Shown one piece after another: positions 63,701 through 64,000 of a stretch of 64,000 nt of DNA (its first letter is position 1; each line of letters starts with the position of its first letter). The notes beneath the pieces were generated by a model that worked only from the letters and a program-made list of their open reading frames with translations, was not told where the DNA came from and ran no database searches. The position numbers and the translations under genes were made by a program. The DNA comes from Parasitella parasitica NRRL 2501 (Eukaryota; Fungi; Mucoromycota), in contig MU619290.1 in assembly GCA_025201805.1 (NCBI GenBank), forward strand, positions 58,568-122,567, in the 5' to 3' direction.

Positions 63701-64000
63701 TACACAGCTTTTTTAAAGGAATTGGTAAAGAAAAGCGATTGAAACAACGAGTTCATATAGCAAGTAGCGCCTTGGTTCTGCAATCCAACATAGCCAGTGA
63801 TTTTCTTGGAATCGTAGTTGATGAAATTGTGCCAAAGAATGCCGGTAGTGTCCTTAATCACGCGAATGATGCAAGTGACTCGGAGGGCATCGTCTTCCAA
63901 GATACCAGTAGCTTCATTGAACAAATCATTGATGGATATAAAGCGGGTGAATCCCCAGTCTGACTCCTCGGCAGTGAATCTGTGCTGAGCACTGTGCGAA
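60783..64000 (-). CDS. UBP15: Ubiquitin-specific protease UBP15/USP7 (5' end outside the window)
   Basis: MATH-domain end (HRFTAEESDWGF), Cys box GLQNQGATCYMNS, QHDVQE, His box LVHSGDLSGGHYFA, NAYMLVY, UBL region and IGLDHID. Confidence 0.96.

Overview
This is eukaryotic, AT-rich genomic DNA with many 50-70 nt GT-AG introns. Gene content and style fit a Mucorales fungus (Mucor-like; inferred). About 24 protein genes are recognisable: CBF5, a Trk K+ transporter, an NBR1-like autophagy receptor, MSS4, a GH3-GNAT fusion, SEC2-like, a velvet factor, DBP9, RPS15, DUF1647-like, a USP stress protein, DUF2015, CTC1-like, a GT15 mannosyltransferase, PAP1, an ankyrin/Bud4-like protein, VPS55, TOM70-like, a NAP/SET chaperone, RPL18, a coiled-coil hypothetical, Num1-like and UBP15/USP7. 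Mobile DNA includes a decayed Tc1/mariner element with TIRs, an LTR+gag-only retroelement, a TIR end at the window start and a dispersed solo-LTR-like repeat. The most notable observations are: (1) a frame-essential single-nucleotide exon in VPS55 (position 50278); (2) structured RNA elements in the long first introns of RPL18 and RPS15; (3) an open gag ORF whose stop codon lies in an inverted fragment of its own LTR; (4) an animal/plant-type CTC1. All calls are by-eye motif recognition and no searches were run.
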